DNA from: Bugula neritina
Taxonomy: Eukaryota > Animalia > Bryozoa
DNA length: 64,000 nucleotides
NCBI GenBank assembly: GCA_964035545.1
Contig: OZ037766.1
Coordinates: 372,001 to 436,000, forward strand
Reading direction: 5' to 3'
This document shows, piece by piece, positions 59,201 to 64,000 of the stretch. The notes under the pieces were generated by a model. That model was not told where the DNA came from, made no database searches, and was given only the letters and a program-made list of their open reading frames with translations. The stretch's first letter is position 1; the number at the start of each line of letters is the position of its first letter. The position numbers and the translations under genes are program-made.

Positions 59201-61690
59201 AACATAGGTAATAGTTATAAACCTGTACTACATACTTCCTACTAACATAGGTAATAGTTATAAACCTGTACTATATACTCCCTACTAACATAGGTAATAG
59301 TTATATACCTGTACTACACACTCCCTACTAACATAGGTAATAGTTATAAACCTGTACTACATACTCCCTACTAACATAGGTAATAGTTATAAACCTGTAC
59401 TACATACTTCCTACTAACATAGGTAATAGTTATAAACCTGTACTATATACTCCCTACTAACATAGGTAATAGTTATAAACCTGTACTACATACTCCCTAC
59501 TAACATAGGTAATAGTTATAAACCTGTACTACATACTCCCTGGCTACTTGGCCAACCAGTCTATCTCGTATCTCCACAGAATGTTTACAGCCACTGCTAG
59601 TAGCTGGTAGGTCCATGTATTCTATACTAGAGTGTATTATCTTTCCACGAGGTGCCTGTATGTATATTATGTATATTATGTGTATTATGTGTATTATGTA
59701 TATTATGTAACGCGTACAAGTCAATAATAGAGTATATTATATAAATATATAGAATTATAAGGTGAGTTTGCTAACTGTGTTTCTTATGTCTACACTGACT
59801 TGTTTCTGCAATCAAATCATATTTCGACAGGAAAGTTTTAGTAAAAAAGAAGAGAAATATTCACAGTAACCATAGAGATGCTGTGGTGATATAATAACAA
59901 TAATATAATAATTCACAGTCTCACCTTGACTAGCCACACACACCGCAGTCTAGACTTGTAGTTACTGGGGTAGTTAGGGGTTCGCAGAAAGAGGGAGGGG
60001 GTGTGTCCTGTCAAGTAGACCACGCCCCCACAACCGTGCTGGTTTCCCGTTGTCGTCTCACACCTGCTTCCTGTTAGACCTTCGGGACACTTACACTGAC
60101 ATCTACCTCCTGAGCTGGTCACATATCCATCATTCAGACAGTAGCTTCTGTCACATCCAGCTAAATTTCATACAATTATATGACTTGTAGGACTGTGAAG
60201 GGATTCATATTAATATATGTAGCTTATACATACACTATACGCATCTCATACATACACTTTACGTACTCTATACGTACTCTATACGTACACTATACGCACT
60301 CTATACGTATCTTACATATGTTATCTATATGTACTTTACACTTTCAAATATCTACTGTAAAAGTACCATATACACATAAGTTTTATGTACGTATATTTCA
60401 TATATATATAAATATTATTTTCCTGGCGGGAAAAATATTGTCAGCCATAATAAGATAGAGCATGCTGAGTTGACAAAAACTTCCCGGTGTCAGTGCATAT
60501 ATCAGTGTGCAAACTAACAGTACAGTGCAGTGCAGTGCAGTGCAGCGCAGCGCAGCGCAGCGCAGCGCAGCGCAGCACAGCACAGCACAGCACAGCACAG
60601 CACAGCACAGCACAGCACAGCACAGTACAGTACAATACAGTACAGTACAATACAGTACAGTACAATACAGTACAATACAATACAGTACAGTACAATATAG
60701 TACAATACAATATCATAGATCTGCTAGTTGTACCGGACTAACCAGAGAAGTAGAGATACTAACCAGAGAAGTAGAGAAACTAACCAGAGAAATAGAGAGA
60801 CTAACCAGAGAAGTAGAGAAACTAACCAGAGAAGTAGAGATACTAACCAGAGAAGTAGAGATACTAACCAGAGAAGTAGAGAGACTAACCAGAGAAGTAG
60901 AGAAACTAACCAGAGCAGTAGGCAGCATTGATGTTCCACTCATCATAGTGCGTCAGCTTCCCTATCCCTGCCTTTAGCCACGAGTCTTTTGGTCTCCTAG
61001 TCACTATGGCAGGTGTCTGGTAGTGCTACAAACCAGTGCGCACCTACATGTAGCCTTAGAGGCAGTAAAACAACTAGTATAGTAGACTAGAGATTGCCTT
61101 AGGACCCACAGAACTCGTCAACCCTTGGTTAGGTGCGGGTCTTAATGACCGAGTGTTAGACCAAGAAACTCTACACAGTGGTGTACACAGGGCAGTGTGC
61201 AACTGATAGCACAAGAGAGGTTGGTATAGCATATTAATGAGATCATATTAGAGCTATACTAATACTAGAGTATTATAATATTATATCATATCAGAGTATC
61301 ATAGAGTCTACCTGTATGCTACTCAAATCGTAGGGTGCAAAGTTCACGAACTCAGGGTGAATCTTTCTGTAGAATGCAGTTGGGTCTGAGACCAAACTGT
61401 AGTTTACACCTAAATAATATATAGAATATTTCACTATAACACATGACATTCAATCTCTGAAAGCATACCCACCCCATAAGACTACCTGAGAATTCTTTTA
61501 ACTTTGTGAAAGAGAACAACAATTAATATAGCCTGTTTTATCAGAAATTTAAAGCTGTGTTGGACAAACAGCACATTAGAAAGTGTGAAGTATAAGTAAT
61601 AAGGTTACCTATGTGGAGGTGGCTGTCAGAGCGAGTGTGTTCGTGAGTGACTCCCAGAACGTGTCCAAACTCGTGCTGCACAATCTCATC
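56269..61690 (-). CDS. Astacin-family metalloprotease with EGF, CUB and MAM-like domains (3' part; 5' exons lie beyond the window)
   Basis: Exons 61690-61609 (HEFGHVLGVTHEHTRSD), 61409-61312, 61025-60911, 60160-59925 (EGF and CUB start CGG...PNYP...CVW), 59655-59537 and about 58834-58707. Later exons give CGFE...W and a final ...GVDLIEWLPGRCH stop at 56269-56271. Confidence 0.87.
57520..57801. repeat. 22-bp minisatellite starting at a splice donor (minus GTGAGTAGTACTAGTAGTTAGT)
   Basis: About 12 units abutting the exon end at 57802. Confidence 0.92.
58940..59540. repeat. 43-bp minisatellite containing an exon end and donor (minus GGGA|GTATGT...)
   Basis: About 14 units. Confidence 0.94.
60518..60712. 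repeat. Compound pentanucleotide microsatellite (CAGTG, CAGCG, CAGCA, CAGTA/CAATA blocks)
   Basis: Directly visible. Confidence 0.95.
60737..60920. repeat. 21-bp minisatellite containing an exon end and donor (minus ...CTCTG|GTTAGT)
   Basis: About 8 units of ACTAACCAGAGAAGTAGAGAN. Confidence 0.93.
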
Positions 61691-61709
61691 CTGACAGAAG
61701 ATACTCAAG

Positions 61710-64000
61710 TGTGAGAAGAGAGTACAAGTATGAGAAGAGAGTACAAGTATGAGAAGAGAGTACAGGTATGAGAAGAGAGTATGAGAAGAGAGTACAAGTA
61801 TGAGAAGAGAGTACAGGTATGAGAAGAGAGTACAAGTATGAGAAGAGAGTACAAGTATGAGAAGAGAGTACAAGTATGAGAAGAGAGTACAAGTATGAGA
61901 AGAGAGTACAGGTATGAGAAGAGAGTACAAGTATGAGAAGAGAGTACAGGTATGAGAAGAGAGTACAGGTATGAGAAGAGAGTACAGGTATGAGAAGAGA
62001 GTATGAGAAGAGAGTACAAGTATGAGAAGAGAGTACAAGTATGAGAAGAGAGTACAAGTATGAGAAGAGAGTACAAGTATGAGAAGAGAGTACAGGTATG
62101 AGAAGAGAGTACAAGTATGAGAAGAGAGTACAAGTATGAGAAGAGAGTACAAGTATGAGAACAGAGTACAAGTATGAGAAGAGAGTACAGGTATGAGAAG
62201 AGAGTACAAGTATGAGAAGAGAGTACAAGTATGAGAAGAGAGTACAGGTATGAGAAGAGAGTACAAGTATGAGAAGAGAGTACAGGTATGAGAAGAGAGT
62301 ACAAGTATGAGAAGAGAGTACAAGTATGAGAAGAGAGTATGAGAAGAGAGTACAAGTATGAGAAGAGAATACAAGTATGAGAAGAGAGTACAAGTATGAG
62401 AAGAGAGTACAGGTATGAGAAGAGAGTACAAGTATGAGAAGAGAGTACAAGTATGAGAAGAGAGTACAGGTATGAGAAGAGAGTACAGGTATGAGAAGAG
62501 AATACAAGTATGAGAAGAGAGTACAAGTATGAGAAGAGAATACAGGTATGAGAAGAGAGTACAAGTATGAGAAGAGAGTACAGGTATGAGAAGAGAGTAC
62601 AAGTATGAGAAGAGAGTACAGGTATGAGAAGAGAGTACAGGTATGAGAAGAGAGTACAGGTATGAGAAGAGAGTACAAGTATGAGAAGAGAGTACAAGTA
62701 TGAGAAGAGAGTACAGGTATGAGAAGAGAGTACAAGTATGAGAAGAGAGTACAAGTATGAGAAGAGAGTACAAGTATGAGAAGAGAATACAGGTATGAGA
62801 AGAGAGTATGAGAAGAGAGTACAAGTATGAGAAGAGAGTACAAGTATGAGAAGAGAGTACAAGTATGAGAAGAGAGTACAGGTATGAGAAGAGAGTACAG
62901 GTATGAGAAGAGAGTACAAGTATGAGAAGAGAGTACAAGTATGAGAAGAGAGTACAGGTATGAGAAGAGAGTACAAGTATGAGAAGAGAGTACAAGTATG
63001 AGAAGAGAGTATGAGAAGAGAGTACAGGTATGAGAAGAGAGTACAGGTATGAGAAGAGAATACAAGTATGAGAAGAGAGTATGAGAAGAGAGTACAAGTA
63101 TGAGAAGAGAGTACAGGTATGAGAAGAGAGTACAAGTATGAGAAGAGAGTACAGGTATGAGAAGAGAGTACAGGTATGAGAAGAGAGTACAGGTATGAGA
63201 AGAGAGTACAGGTATGAGAAGAGAGTACAGGTATGAGAAGAGAGTACAAGTATGAGAAGAGAGTACAAGTATGAGAAGAGAGTACAGGTATGAGAAGAGA
63301 GTACAGGTATGAGAAGAGAGTACAGGTATGAGAAGAGAGTACAGGTATGAGAAGAGAGTACAAGTATGAGAAGAGAGTACAAGTATGAGAACAGAGTACA
63401 AGTATGAGAAGAGAGTACAAGTATGAGAAGAGAGTATGAGAAGAGAGTACAGGTATGAGAAGAGAGTACAGGTATGAGAAGAGAGTACAAGTATGAGAAG
63501 AGAGTACAAGTATGAGAAGAGAATACAGGTATGAGAAGAGAGTACAGGTATGAGAAGAGAGTATGAGAAGAGAATACAGGTATGAGAAGAGAGTACAGGT
63601 ATGAGAAGAGAATACAGGTATGAGAAGAGAGTACAAGTATGAGAAGAGAGTACAAGTATGAGAAGAGAGTACAGGTATGAGAAGAGAGTACAAGTATGAG
63701 AAGAGAGTACAAGTATGAGAAGAGAGTACAGGTATGAGAAGAGAGTACAAGTATGAGAAGAGAATACAGGTATGAGAAGAGAGTACAAGTATGAGAAGAG
63801 AGTACAAGTATGAGAAGAGAGTATGAGAAGAGAGTACAGGTATGAGAAGAGAGTACAGGTATGAGAAGAGAATACAAGTATGAGAAGAGAGTATGAGAAG
63901 AGAGTACAAGTATGAGAAGAGAGTACAGGTATGAGAAGAGAGTACAAGTATGAGAAGAGAGTATGAGAAGAGAGTACAGGTATGAGAAGAGAGTACAGGT
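61710..64000. repeat. 19-bp intronic satellite (GTATGAGAAGAGAGTACAA/G) with 13-bp variants, continuing past the window end
   Basis: More than 2.2 kb of tandem array next to the acceptor region of the astacin HExxH exon. Confidence 0.98.

Noticed and set aside
61541-63947. Three 730-780 aa ORFs
   Set aside because: They are translations of a 19-bp satellite with no stops on one strand; the region is intronic.

Overview
This is AT-rich, intron-containing animal (probably invertebrate) genomic DNA. Host genes: (1) a minus-strand tandem array of carbonyl-reductase-1-like SDR genes, with four complete 8-exon copies and an orphan last exon; (2) a plus-strand Rieske-domain (RFESD-like) gene; (3) the 3' part of a minus-strand astacin-EGF-CUB-MAM metalloprotease gene. 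Mobile DNA: three Ty3/Gypsy LTR retrotransposons of two related families. Family A lies at 1-4178 and 35011-42452. Family B lies at 27477-42471 on the minus strand, with the second A copy nested in its 5' LTR. There is also a decayed R4/Dong-type LINE with a tRNA-like head, a hAT remnant, a probable solo LTR and many minisatellites. The main candidate for an undescribed system is that both Gypsy families carry a conserved third ORF in the env position. It encodes a double zinc-finger, Arg/Ser/Pro-rich, coiled-coil protein rather than an envelope. In both families a phase-1 splice donor near the start of gag and a branch-point/acceptor just before ORF3 join in frame, predicting a spliced subgenomic mRNA. 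Secondary observations are minisatellites repeatedly anchored on splice sites (one predicting an alternative CVIL/CaaX C-terminus for the reductases), active-site divergence among the reductase paralogs, and a Met-to-Gln change in the astacin Met-turn. All exon structures, alignments and family assignments were made by eye, without database searches.
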